Positions 36,818 through 44,805 of a stretch of DNA of 64,000 bases are shown here, one piece after another. Source of the DNA: Archangium sp. (GTDB lineage: Bacteria; Myxococcota; Myxococcia; Myxococcales; Myxococcaceae); assembly GCA_030695565.1 (NCBI GenBank), contig JAUYRZ010000112.1, forward strand, positions 1,112 through 65,111. Reading direction: 5' to 3'. The notes beneath the pieces were generated by a model. It searched no databases, was not told the DNA's origin, and saw nothing but the letters and a program-made list of their open reading frames with translations. The translations under genes were made by a program, and so were the position numbers. Within the stretch, counting starts at the first letter, position 1. The number at the start of each line of letters is the position of its first letter.

Positions 36818-37765
36818 ATGAGCATCTACAGCGTGCAGTCGGGCGATACGTTGAGCGGGATTGCAGCACGGTATCGGACCACAGCCGCCGCGCTTGCCTC
36901 CCGAAACGGGATCAAGAATCCGAACCTGATCAAGACGGGGCAGCGGCTTCAGGTCGCCGACTCGTTCTCTGCCGCTCATGCCGCTCAATCCCGCGGTGCG
37001 GTGCCTTCGACTGATTTGGGCCGCGGGGCTACGGGCGCCGACGTGCGGAAGTTGCAGTCCGCGCTCGTTCGGCTGGGGCACCTGACCAAGGCACAAATGA
37101 ACACGGGCCCCGGCATCTTCGGGCCGCTCACCCAGGGGGCCGTCAAGGCATTCCAGCAGGCCCATCAAGTGCCCGCGACTGGCTTCTTCGGAGCGCTGAC
37201 TCGCGCGGCGTTGACGAAGGCCCTTGGGCAGACCAGCGGCCCCTCGCCTGCTCCCTTTCCTTCACCTGGCGGAAAGACATTTCAGAAGCCGCCGGTGATC
37301 AGCGCCCCTTCTGCGAACTTCAACAGCCGCAACGGCATGGACATCGACGCGATCGTGCTGCACCACACCGCGTCCAACAATGGCGCGGCGGACCTCGCAT
37401 TCATGCGGAGCAAGTCCAGCCAGGTGTCAGCGCACTACATGCTCGACCGTGACGGGAAGATCTACCAACTGGTCGGTGACGAGAAGCGCGCGTGGCACGC
37501 GGGGGTGAGCGCCCTCAACGGCGTCCCGACCGACGTCAACGGACGCTCGATCGGCATCGAGATCGTGAACGACGGCAGTGGCAACACCCCCTTCACCGAG
37601 GCTCAGTACAAGTCGCTGACCCAGCTCGTCGGCCATCTGAAGCAGCGCTACGACGTCCCGATGAAGAACATCGTCGGCCACAAAGAAGTCGCCCTCCCGA
37701 GGGGGCGAAAGACGGACCCTGCACCGAACTTCGATTGGAATCGGATCCGCAACGCGATCGACTGA
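36818..37765 (+). CDS. LysM + PG_binding_1 + N-acetylmuramoyl-L-alanine amidase (Amidase_2)
   Basis: ATG at 36818 after AGGAG. LysM ([16 protein letters not shown]...TGQRLQV). PG-binding repeat ([17 protein letters not shown]...[12 protein letters not shown]). Amidase_2 motifs ([25 protein letters not shown]). Confidence 0.85.
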   Translation: MSIYSVQSGDTLSGIAARYRTTAAALASRNGIKNPNLIKTGQRLQVADSFSAAHAAQSRGAVPSTDLGRGATGADVRKLQSALVRLGHLTKAQMNTGPGIFGPLTQGAVKAFQQAHQVPATGFFGALTRAALTKALGQTSGPSPAPFPSPGGKTFQKPPVISAPSANFNSRNGMDIDAIVLHHTASNNGAADLAFMRSKSSQVSAHYMLDRDGKIYQLVGDEKRAWHAGVSALNGVPTDVNGRSIGIEIVNDGSGNTPFTEAQYKSLTQLVGHLKQRYDVPMKNIVGHKEVALPRGRKTDPAPNFDWNRIRNAID

Positions 37766-37806
37766 AGGGCGCCTCAGCCTCTCGTGGTCTGTCGACCCGC
37801 CAAGCT

Positions 37807-37823
37807 CGTCGTCACCGACGACG
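37807..37823 (+). other. Short perfect hairpin CGTCGTC-acc-GACGACG downstream of the amidase gene
   Basis: 7-bp stem with a 3-nt loop and no U-tract. At best a weak terminator or processing site. Confidence 0.25.
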
Positions 37824-37904
37824 GATGCTGGTGTTGGGCCCGCCAGCGGGTTGCGAGACTGAGCACACGGAAATGGGCCGAGGGCGGGGCTGGCCGTGTG
37901 CCCC

Positions 37905-37932
37905 TGTCACGCCCCGGGCGGGTCGCGCCTAC
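37905..37932 (+). promoter_or_regulatory. Second-ECF-type promoter candidate (TGTCACG-N17-CCTAC)
   Basis: cccTGTCACgccccgggcgggtcgcgCCTACccgcgcATG. The -10-like box ends 6 nt before the ATG at 37939. Confidence 0.5.
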
Positions 37933-37938
37933 CCGCGC

Positions 37939-38379
37939 ATGAGATCATTCTTTTTCGCAGCGGTGTTCGTCCTGACCGCGGGTTGTGGCGCTTCAATGCC
38001 CGGCAACGCCGCGGATTCAGGAGCGAACGTCGATGATGCGGGCACAGCCGAAGGAATGGATGCAGGGCGTGACGCGGGGGCCGGCGCTGTCGACGCGGGC
38101 CCGGTGATGCCCGGAGCCCCTGTCCTGACCTCCGTCTCGGTGGTGACTCACGGCACGATGGCCATCAACTGGCAGCTCCCCGCTTCGGGGTGCTCGACGT
38201 TGGCGTTGCGAATGAAGGTGGGCGCCGGTGCCTACTCGACGGTTCGCTCCCTGACGGGGGTCGCGACCTCGACGCAGTACAGCCCGGGTCACGCCAACGG
38301 CACGTACTGCTACCAGCTCACCTGCACCCTGCAGGGGCTGGAGTCGGCTGCCTCGAACGAGCGGTGCGCGACCCAATGA
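37939..38379 (+). CDS. Small FN3-like lipoprotein
   Basis: ATG at 37939. Lipobox VLTAGC, Asp/Ala-rich linker, then an FN3-like beta domain (PVLTSVSVVTHGTMAINWQLP...YCYQLTC). The stop overlaps the next start (ATGA). Confidence 0.6.
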   Translation: MRSFFFAAVFVLTAGCGASMPGNAADSGANVDDAGTAEGMDAGRDAGAGAVDAGPVMPGAPVLTSVSVVTHGTMAINWQLPASGCSTLALRMKVGAGAYSTVRSLTGVATSTQYSPGHANGTYCYQLTCTLQGLESAASNERCATQ

Positions 38380-39257
38380 GAATCGCGCTGCTGATTCTCG
38401 CCCTGGCTGGTTGCGGGCAAGGCAAGACGGAGCCCCGAAAGTATCCGCCGACAGGGCAGACGAAGACCTTCAACCTCACCGCCCGTGACGTGGAGTGGAC
38501 GGTGGGGCCCGGCGCCGTCTACCTGGCCTGGACCTACGATGGAACGGTGCCCGGGCCGCAGCTCGACGTCACGGCAGGCGACACCGTGGTGATCAACCTG
38601 AGCAACGAGAGCAATCACCCCGTCTCGATCCACACGCACCTCGTCGAGTTCGAGCAGGCGCAAGACGGCGTCGAGCCTTCGTCGTGGGCGCAGCCGGGGC
38701 AGACCGTCACGGTGACCTGGAAGACGAGCTACGCGGGGGCGGTGCCCTACCACGACCACGCCGATGAGGGCCTCGGTGTGGGGCGAGGGCTGATCGGTGC
38801 GCTGGTGATTCACGCGCCCGACGAAGTGAAGGCGAATGAGCACGTGGTCGTGCTCACGGACCTTCTCCCGGAGTACTTCAAGACGCTCCCGGGCGTGGCC
38901 GACCCCATCACGGGCGAGTTTCCTGACGCCGGCACCTATCGAGGGGCGCACCAGTACCTGCACACCATCAACGGCAAGGCGTACGAAGAGTCGGTGCCTC
39001 ACTTCACCGGCACTGTGGGCGAGCTGAGCCGCTGGCGCATCCTCAGCATCGGGCAGGAGGTCCACACCTGGCACCTGCATGGGCACCGCTGGGTCGACGG
39101 AGATGGGCAGCTGACTGACAACATCCAGCTGGCGCCCGGCATGTACCGCACCTTCGAGTTCACCGAAGACGCGGTGGGTGACTGGCTGGTGCATTGCCAC
39201 GTGCCGAACCACATGGAGGGCGGAATGATGGCCCGCTACCGGGTGGTGCCGCGCTGA
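38376..39257 (+). CDS. Two-domain (small laccase-like) multicopper oxidase lipoprotein
   Basis: 293 aa. Lipobox LALAGC. All four copper-ligand motifs are present in only two cupredoxin domains: SIHTHL, YHDHAD, HTWHLHGHRW, HCHVPNHMEGGM. Confidence 0.8.
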   Translation: MRIALLILALAGCGQGKTEPRKYPPTGQTKTFNLTARDVEWTVGPGAVYLAWTYDGTVPGPQLDVTAGDTVVINLSNESNHPVSIHTHLVEFEQAQDGVEPSSWAQPGQTVTVTWKTSYAGAVPYHDHADEGLGVGRGLIGALVIHAPDEVKANEHVVVLTDLLPEYFKTLPGVADPITGEFPDAGTYRGAHQYLHTINGKAYEESVPHFTGTVGELSRWRILSIGQEVHTWHLHGHRWVDGDGQLTDNIQLAPGMYRTFEFTEDAVGDWLVHCHVPNHMEGGMMARYRVVPR

Positions 39258-39314
39258 CCGACGCAACTCAGGACAACGGAACCGCGACAACCACACACAC
39301 ACTCAGGAGCACCC

Positions 39315-39980
39315 ATGCCCTCAACCGTGTCCATCCGTCGTGGCGATACCCTCACTGCCATCGCCCAGCGCAACCGTGTTTCCCTCTCGAGCCTTCGCAG
39401 CGCAAACCCCGGCGTCAAAGCGCGCGAGCTGCAGGTCGGCCAGAAGCTCAAGCTTCCCCACCATCACCACGACGGGTTCGACGCGGGCCCCGCGCGGCGA
39501 GGGACGACGACGCCCGCCCGCCCCGCCGCTCGAACGCCGGGCACCACGCGAACGACGCCGGGTGCTTCGAGCCGAGCCGCAGACCGGGTGCCGTATCGCA
39601 ACGGCCGCATTCCGAGCGGCGCGCTGACCGACGTCGGTGGTGGCCACAAGATGTACGGCAACGCCGCGCGCGCCTACACCGACATGCGAGCTGCCGCTCG
39701 CCGTGACGGGGTCACCATTCGCCTCACTGACAGCTACCGCACGTACGCGGCGCAGGTCGACGTGGCTCGCCGCAAGGGCATCTACGGCGTGCGCCAGCCC
39801 AACGGCCGGCTCGGGCTCGCCGCGCGCCCCGGCACCAGCAATCACGGGCTGGGCAAGGCGGTCGACGTGAACCTCGAAGCGAGCCCGGGCGCGAGTGCGT
39901 GGCTCAGGGCGAACGCGTCGCGCTACGGCTTCAAGACCATTCCGCGCGAGCCGTGGCACTGGGAGTTCAGCGGCCGCTGA
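39315..39980 (+). CDS. LysM-domain VanY/M15B-type D,D-carboxypeptidase
   Basis: LysM (VSIRRGDTLTAIAQRNRVSLSSL...VGQKLKLP), His/Pro/Thr-rich linker, and M15B motifs DSYRTYAAQ, ARPGTSNHGLGKAVDV, WLRANASRYGF, PWHWEF. Confidence 0.85.
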   Translation: MPSTVSIRRGDTLTAIAQRNRVSLSSLRSANPGVKARELQVGQKLKLPHHHHDGFDAGPARRGTTTPARPAARTPGTTRTTPGASSRAADRVPYRNGRIPSGALTDVGGGHKMYGNAARAYTDMRAAARRDGVTIRLTDSYRTYAAQVDVARRKGIYGVRQPNGRLGLAARPGTSNHGLGKAVDVNLEASPGASAWLRANASRYGFKTIPREPWHWEFSGR

Positions 39981-40115
39981 TGTCGGTGCCGTAGAAGACA
40001 TGGTCGGGGCGGTTTACCTTCGGGCCGTTGTGGGCTGCGTACGTCGGGCCCTTGGTGAAAGCGCGCGTCTCAGTGACGCTGAGTGGTCTGCTCAGGTCGC
40101 GTTGACCTGCTTCGG

Positions 40116-41531
40116 TCAGGGCATCACCATCAGGTCGCCCATCATGCCGCCCTCGGCGTGCTCGAGGATGTGGCAGTGGAACATCCACATTCCCAGCGGC
40201 TCGTAGCGCACTGCGAAGCGCAAGATTCCCGGCGTCGTGCCTCGGGCCTGCGGCACGTTGGCGGTGTCCTTCCAGCCGCGCCGGGTCTCCGGCACGCCGT
40301 TGACTTCGAGCACCTCGAAGAACATTCCGTGAAGGTGAAACGGGTGGTCCATCTCTGCTTCGTTTCTGACCTCCCAGATCTCCACGTCGCCCTGCTTGAC
40401 CATCACCGGAGTGTTGAAGGGCCAGACCTCGTCGTTGATCGAGAAGACCACGCCGCTGGGCGTCTCGAGTTCCTTGAGTACGAAGCGCCGGACTGCAGTG
40501 GCAGCGGTGGTGGGCGCGAGCACCGGCAGGTCTCGCCAGACAGTGGGCAGCGCGAGAGGCGGTGACTTTCGTGCTGCTCCGAGCACCACGTTCATCAGCG
40601 GCTTGACGCCCGGGTCGGGCACGTTGTGCCCCCGATCGTAGTGGCTGGTTTGAAGCGCGAGGCGGTCACCCGCCTTGCCGTCGAAAGTCACCAGCAGCTC
40701 GTAACGCTCGCCGGGAGCGATCAGCAACGAGTCGACTTTGTAGGGTTCAGGGATCAACCCGCCATCCCAGCCCACCACCAGGAGCTGCGCGCCCGGCAGT
40801 GACAGCTTGAAGTAGCGGCCATTGGCGCTGTTCACCAACCGCCAACGCTCTCGCGAACCAGAGGCCACCTCGAGCGACGGCAACTTGCGGCCATTGACGA
40901 GCAAGACGTTGCCCTGGCGGCCGAGCATCACGTCGAGGTTGTCGGTCTGCGTGGAGAGTTTCCCGTCGGCGCTGAGCTTGACGTCATCGAGCACCAGATA
41001 CCGATCCGCCGCGACGTCGACGGCCGTGCCGCCTTCGACGATGAAGGGCGCGTAGAGACCTCGCTCAACCTGCGTGTCGCCGCGAACGTGCGGGTGGTAC
41101 CAAAAGCTCCCTGGGTCGCCGACCGTGAACGTGTAGTCGTAGCTCGCGCCTGGCTCGATCTTCGACTGCGAGGAACTCGAGCCGTCAGCGGCGTTGGGCA
41201 GGCGCAGCCCGTGCCAGTGAACGGTCGTCGGCTCTGCGAGCTCGTTGATGAAGTGGACGATCACCGTGTTGCCCACCTTCGCGCGAAGGGTGGGGCCGGG
41301 AATGGTGCCCTTGCTGCCGGCCACTGATGCGTCTCGAAACGCCCAGACGTCAGCCGGTTTGCCCGGCAGGTATTCGGCCGTCGAGACCGACGCCGCGAGC
41401 CGCACCTCGACGATGTTCGGATCCGGGTTCAGATCGGCGAGCTCGACGGGGGCCGGGAGGGCATTCTCGAGAGGCGCCGCCGGTTCGCAGCCCACGCAGA
41501 ATCCAATGAGTGCCGCGCTGAGAGCTCTCAT
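40116..41531 (-). CDS. Three-domain multicopper oxidase lipoprotein
   Basis: Lipobox IGFCVGC. Copper ligand motifs HWHGLRLP, WYHPH, HPFHLHG, HCHILEHAEGGMM. Confidence 0.85.
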   Translation of the reverse strand: MRALSAALIGFCVGCEPAAPLENALPAPVELADLNPDPNIVEVRLAASVSTAEYLPGKPADVWAFRDASVAGSKGTIPGPTLRAKVGNTVIVHFINELAEPTTVHWHGLRLPNAADGSSSSQSKIEPGASYDYTFTVGDPGSFWYHPHVRGDTQVERGLYAPFIVEGGTAVDVAADRYLVLDDVKLSADGKLSTQTDNLDVMLGRQGNVLLVNGRKLPSLEVASGSRERWRLVNSANGRYFKLSLPGAQLLVVGWDGGLIPEPYKVDSLLIAPGERYELLVTFDGKAGDRLALQTSHYDRGHNVPDPGVKPLMNVVLGAARKSPPLALPTVWRDLPVLAPTTAATAVRRFVLKELETPSGVVFSINDEVWPFNTPVMVKQGDVEIWEVRNEAEMDHPFHLHGMFFEVLEVNGVPETRRGWKDTANVPQARGTTPGILRFAVRYEPLGMWMFHCHILEHAEGGMMGDLMVMP

Positions 41532-41532
41532 T

Positions 41533-42486
41533 TCAGTTGTTTGGAGCGCCCTGCAGGATCCACGTCGCGATCTTGTTCTTCTCCGCGGTCGTCAGCTCAG
41601 GTGCAGGCGAAGGCGGCATGCGGCCAAGGGCCACCCCGGGCATCTTGTTGCAAGTGCCGCCGCCTCCCGGGTCTCCCGCTACCGCCTGGTAGAGCTGGCT
41701 CTGCGTGAGCGACCCGCCCGTGACGTACTTCTTTCGGGTCGGCTCGCACATCCAGGAGTCGAGCTCCGTCAGGCGCTCCCAGAGCGACCGATCGGGGCAC
41801 CCCGTGTTCGCGTTGTTGGTGGGGTTCTTCGAGCCGAGAGGAACGTTCTCGAGCGCCAGCCAGCCGCGGCAGCCTCCGGAGGGGCTGGGCCCGTACGCAA
41901 TGCGGGAGTGGCAGCTGTTCGAGCCAGCACCGCATGAAGCGTTCAGGATCGGGACGATGTGTTGCTGAAGCGAATACCCGCCGTCCGGCAGCGACGTTGC
42001 GGTCCCGCCGCCCCCTCCGGCTCCGCCGCCTGTCGCAGTGCCGCCACCCGTTGCGGTGCCGCCGCCGGTTGCCGTTCCTCCGCCTGCTGCGCCACCCGAT
42101 CCGCCGCCGGCAGCGCCGCCTCCGGTTCCTCCGCCTCCACCCGATCCCGTGCTGGGAGCGGTCGCAGTCACTTCGCTGCTGTACGCCGAGAAGGTGCCCG
42201 CCTTCATGGCTCGCACCCGGTACACGTAGACGACGCCTGGGGTCAGGGGCTCATCATGGAACTGCACGGTGTCGAACACGACGGAGCCGATCACTCCGAA
42301 CGTGCCGCTCGACCTGCGCTCGATCGCAAACTCGTCCTCGTCACTCGAGTTGTCCTTCCAGGTGACGTGCAGCCCTCCTCCCAATGGGGTCACGGTGAGC
42401 TCTGAAGGCGCGGGCAGCGAGCCTTCGATGGAACCAGTGCCGCAGGCGGCAAGTGCGAACAGCGATGACAGGGCAAGACGCTTCAT
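41533..42486 (-). CDS. Lipoprotein: FN3 module + Gly-rich linker + Cys-containing cytochrome-c-like (PSCyt-like) C-terminal domain
   Basis: ATG at 42486. Lipobox LFALAAC. The FN3 module is paralogous to the next gene. Linker contains (GGTAT)3. The C-terminal domain starts HIVPILNASCGAGSNSCHS and ends KIATWILQGAPNN. Confidence 0.6.
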   Translation of the reverse strand: MKRLALSSLFALAACGTGSIEGSLPAPSELTVTPLGGGLHVTWKDNSSDEDEFAIERRSSGTFGVIGSVVFDTVQFHDEPLTPGVVYVYRVRAMKAGTFSAYSSEVTATAPSTGSGGGGGTGGGAAGGGSGGAAGGGTATGGGTATGGGTATGGGAGGGGGTATSLPDGGYSLQQHIVPILNASCGAGSNSCHSRIAYGPSPSGGCRGWLALENVPLGSKNPTNNANTGCPDRSLWERLTELDSWMCEPTRKKYVTGGSLTQSQLYQAVAGDPGGGGTCNKMPGVALGRMPPSPAPELTTAEKNKIATWILQGAPNN

Positions 42487-42533
42487 GGGTCGTCCTTCGG
42501 GTGTGCGTTGGAGGAAGGTGTGCCGGAGACCGC

Positions 42534-43487
42534 TCAAGGCGTGATCGTGAGCGAGATCGATTGCGCTCCGGTTCCGCCATCAGAATTCGTGACGGTGAGC
42601 GTGATGATGTTGGTCCCTGCCGACAGCTGGCGGCTGAAGGTGCGCCCGGTGCCGATGACTCCGTCGAGGTTGCTCGTCCAGACCAGACCCGCATCGGGCA
42701 AGGCGCCATCTTCGAAGTCGCGCCCGTCACCGGCGAAGGGGACCATGTTCGCAGCGGCCCGCGTCTCGCCGTCGCTCGGGTGATTGATTCGCGCGAGGGG
42801 CGAGATCGCCGTGACCGTGACGCTGCTGCTGCCGGAGAGGCCTTGTGAGTCGGTTGCTCTGCACGTGACCGTGTGGACACCAGGGACTGGGAGCGTTCGG
42901 TTGAGTGTCAAACCCGAGCCCAGCGGTGGAGTCGCCAGGTTGGTGGTCCACACGACGCTGGCGCCGCTCAAAGCGCCATCCTCCGGATCCGATGCGCTTG
43001 CCGTGAACGTGACCGCTTGATCGTACGGAACGGCGCTTCCAACGGGAGCGCTGATCATGCACGTGGGAGGCAGGTTGCTGGCACCACCACCACCGCCGCC
43101 GCCAATGCCCGCGTCGTTGGAGCCACCACCGCCACCAGACCCCGCCAGAGCCATCGCAGTCGCAGTTGCGGCATTGCTGTAGGCCGACGGCACGTTCCCC
43201 TTCATCGCGCGAACCCGGTACGTGTACGCGGTATCGAAGGTCACCGGCTCATCATGGAACTGCGCGATGTCGAACACCACGCTGCCGATCGTCGCGAACC
43301 CACCGTTGGACTTGCGCTCGATCTGAAACTCATCTTCGTCCAGCGAGTTGTCCCTCCACGTGAGGTGGAGCCCGATACCGAGCTGGTAGACCATCAACTC
43401 GGTCGGAGCGGGGAAGGGTGGCGGATCAATCGTTGCGCTGCCGCAAGCGGTGAAAGCGAGCAGAGATGAAAGAGCGAGACGGTTCAT
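42534..43487 (-). CDS. Lipoprotein: FN3 module + Gly-rich linker + two PKD/Ig-like domains
   Basis: Lipobox LLAFTAC. The N-terminal roughly 110 aa is paralogous to the protein at 41533..42486. Two repeats follow, of the type DPEDGALSG...VWTTNL and DFEDGALPD...VWTSNL. Confidence 0.6.
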   Translation of the reverse strand: MNRLALSSLLAFTACGSATIDPPPFPAPTELMVYQLGIGLHLTWRDNSLDEDEFQIERKSNGGFATIGSVVFDIAQFHDEPVTFDTAYTYRVRAMKGNVPSAYSNAATATAMALAGSGGGGGSNDAGIGGGGGGGASNLPPTCMISAPVGSAVPYDQAVTFTASASDPEDGALSGASVVWTTNLATPPLGSGLTLNRTLPVPGVHTVTCRATDSQGLSGSSSVTVTAISPLARINHPSDGETRAAANMVPFAGDGRDFEDGALPDAGLVWTSNLDGVIGTGRTFSRQLSAGTNIITLTVTNSDGGTGAQSISLTITP

Positions 43488-43501
43488 GGTTCTCCGGGGT
43501 C

Positions 43502-43519
43502 AACGTCAGGGCTGACGTT
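43502..43519. promoter_or_regulatory. Perfect palindrome AACGTCAG-gg-CTGACGTT, 15 nt upstream of the lipoprotein ATG (43487)
   Basis: 8-bp arms read directly from the sequence. It sits just upstream of the GGAGA ribosome-binding site of the minus-strand operon. Confidence 0.3.
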
Positions 43520-43700
43520 CGAGGTACCCGCAGCCGTGGCCGAGGCGGTGGTCTCGAGAGAGGGTGAGCGGCACCGCAGGCGTGCCCGTCGATGCAGGGT
43601 ACCCGTTCACGGGGGCTCGACACAAATCGGAGGATGTGATCTCTGCCGATGGCAGTGACCCTTCATTTGTTGCCCAGCCCGCGTCAGCCATCAGAGACCC

Positions 43701-43728
43701 GGTCACGGCTTTGACCGCTCGCGCCTAT
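43701..43728 (+). promoter_or_regulatory. Second-ECF-type promoter candidate (GGTCACG-N17-CCTAT) directly upstream of its presumed sigma gene
   Basis: cccGGTCACggctttgaccgctcgcgCCTATcccggagcacacATG. The box ends 12 nt before the ATG at 43741. Confidence 0.55.
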
Positions 43729-43740
43729 CCCGGAGCACAC

Positions 43741-44265
43741 ATGGCTCAGGGATCAGAATTGGACCTGCTGATGGGCCGGCTGGCCGATGGGGATCGCCAT
43801 GCCTTTTCCCCCCTGTTCAAGGCGCTCTGGTCACCCGCGCTCCGAGTGTGCAGCCGGATGATGGAACGAGAAGCGGACGCGGCCGATGCCGCCCAGGCGG
43901 CCATGATGAAGATCCTCGAGCGCGCTGCCGAATACGACAAGAAGCGCCCCGCCTTGCCCTGGGCGCTGGGGATCGCTGCGTGGGAGTGCAAGACCCTGCT
44001 CAAGCGGCAGCAACGCCACAAAGAGAGCTCGGCCGAGGTTTCGCTCAGCGACGGAGGGGCGGCCACAGAGGAAGTCGAGCAGCGCCTCCTGGTCGAAGCG
44101 GCGATGCACGCGATGGGCACGCTGTCAGAGGCGGACCAACAGACGCTGGTTTCGACCTACTGGGAGACCGCTTCTGCTGAAAAGGGAGCGACGTTCCGCA
44201 AGCGGAGAGAGAGGGCCCTGACCCGGCTGCGCGATACCTTCAGGAGGATTTATGGACTCGATTGA
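43741..44265 (+). CDS. ECF (sigma-70 family group 4) sigma factor
   Basis: 174 aa from the ATG at 43741. Region 2 (DAADAAQAAMMKILERA...) and region 4 (LSEADQQTLVSTYW...TFRKRRERALTRLR). Confidence 0.8.
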   Translation: MAQGSELDLLMGRLADGDRHAFSPLFKALWSPALRVCSRMMEREADAADAAQAAMMKILERAAEYDKKRPALPWALGIAAWECKTLLKRQQRHKESSAEVSLSDGGAATEEVEQRLLVEAAMHAMGTLSEADQQTLVSTYWETASAEKGATFRKRRERALTRLRDTFRRIYGLD

Positions 44266-44797
44266 CCTCGACGGCTTGGAGCGAAAGGCCCGCCTCCGCT
44301 ACGAGTTGGTGCGCGCCGGCCGGAGCCTGCTGGCCTTTGCGCCCGCGCTTCTTCTGGTCGGGGTCGCCGCGGCACTGGGGCGCAGACCGAGCTCTGCGAT
44401 CTTCTTCGGCACGCTGCTCTTCCTCTCCGGGGCCTTCTTGCTTTGGCGCGGTCGCACCGTGCATCGGGCGGTGCTGCCAGGGCTCTTGGCTGGAATGATC
44501 CCCCTCGCGTGCGCACTGATGGCCAATCGAGGCCACGCCTGCTCGGGAGGACATTGCTCCACCTGGTGCCTGCCGGCCTGCATCACCGGCGGCATCGTCG
44601 CTGGCCTGGTGGTGTCGTGGATCGCTACGCGGCGCGGCCTGGACTGGCGCTTCTGGGCTGGCGCCTCCGCCATCTCGCTCCTCACGGGCGCGATGGGGTG
44701 CTCGTGCATCGGCTACTCGGGGGTCATCGGTCTTGGGGCCGGCTTCATCGGAGGTGCGCTCCCGCTGATCGTCCGCCGGCTCTTTACCCGCGCGTGA
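44252..44797 (+). CDS. Cys/His-rich 6-TM membrane protein, candidate non-canonical anti-sigma/sensor
   Basis: Overlaps the sigma gene by 14 nt and has CAGGAGGA upstream. Six predicted TM helices, only about 24 cytoplasmic N-terminal residues, and 7 Cys in total. These form the cluster C-x9-C-x4-C-x3-C-x3-C (PLACALMANRGHACSGGHCSTWCLPAC) plus GCSC. Confidence 0.6.
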   Translation: MDSIDLDGLERKARLRYELVRAGRSLLAFAPALLLVGVAAALGRRPSSAIFFGTLLFLSGAFLLWRGRTVHRAVLPGLLAGMIPLACALMANRGHACSGGHCSTWCLPACITGGIVAGLVVSWIATRRGLDWRFWAGASAISLLTGAMGCSCIGYSGVIGLGAGFIGGALPLIVRRLFTRA

Positions 44798-44805
44798 TGG
44801 AAGAT

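Noticed and set aside
39292-39302. (CA)5 dinucleotide run between the 2-domain MCO and the LysM-M15 gene, considered as a phase-variation tract.
   Set aside because: It is intergenic, short, and not positioned between promoter boxes or within a reading frame. There is no evidence for a switch.
42030-42075. Three 15-nt tandem repeats on the plus strand, first considered as a possible repeat array.
   Set aside because: They lie inside the minus-strand lipoprotein ORF and encode (GGTAT)3 of a Gly-rich linker, with synonymous differences. They are a coding repeat, not a CRISPR array or VNTR.
43655-43660. GGTCAC on the minus strand upstream of the FN3-MCO operon, considered as a seventh exact second-ECF promoter.
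   Set aside because: The sequence 16-17 nt downstream is ACATCC, not CCTAY, so it does not meet the motif.
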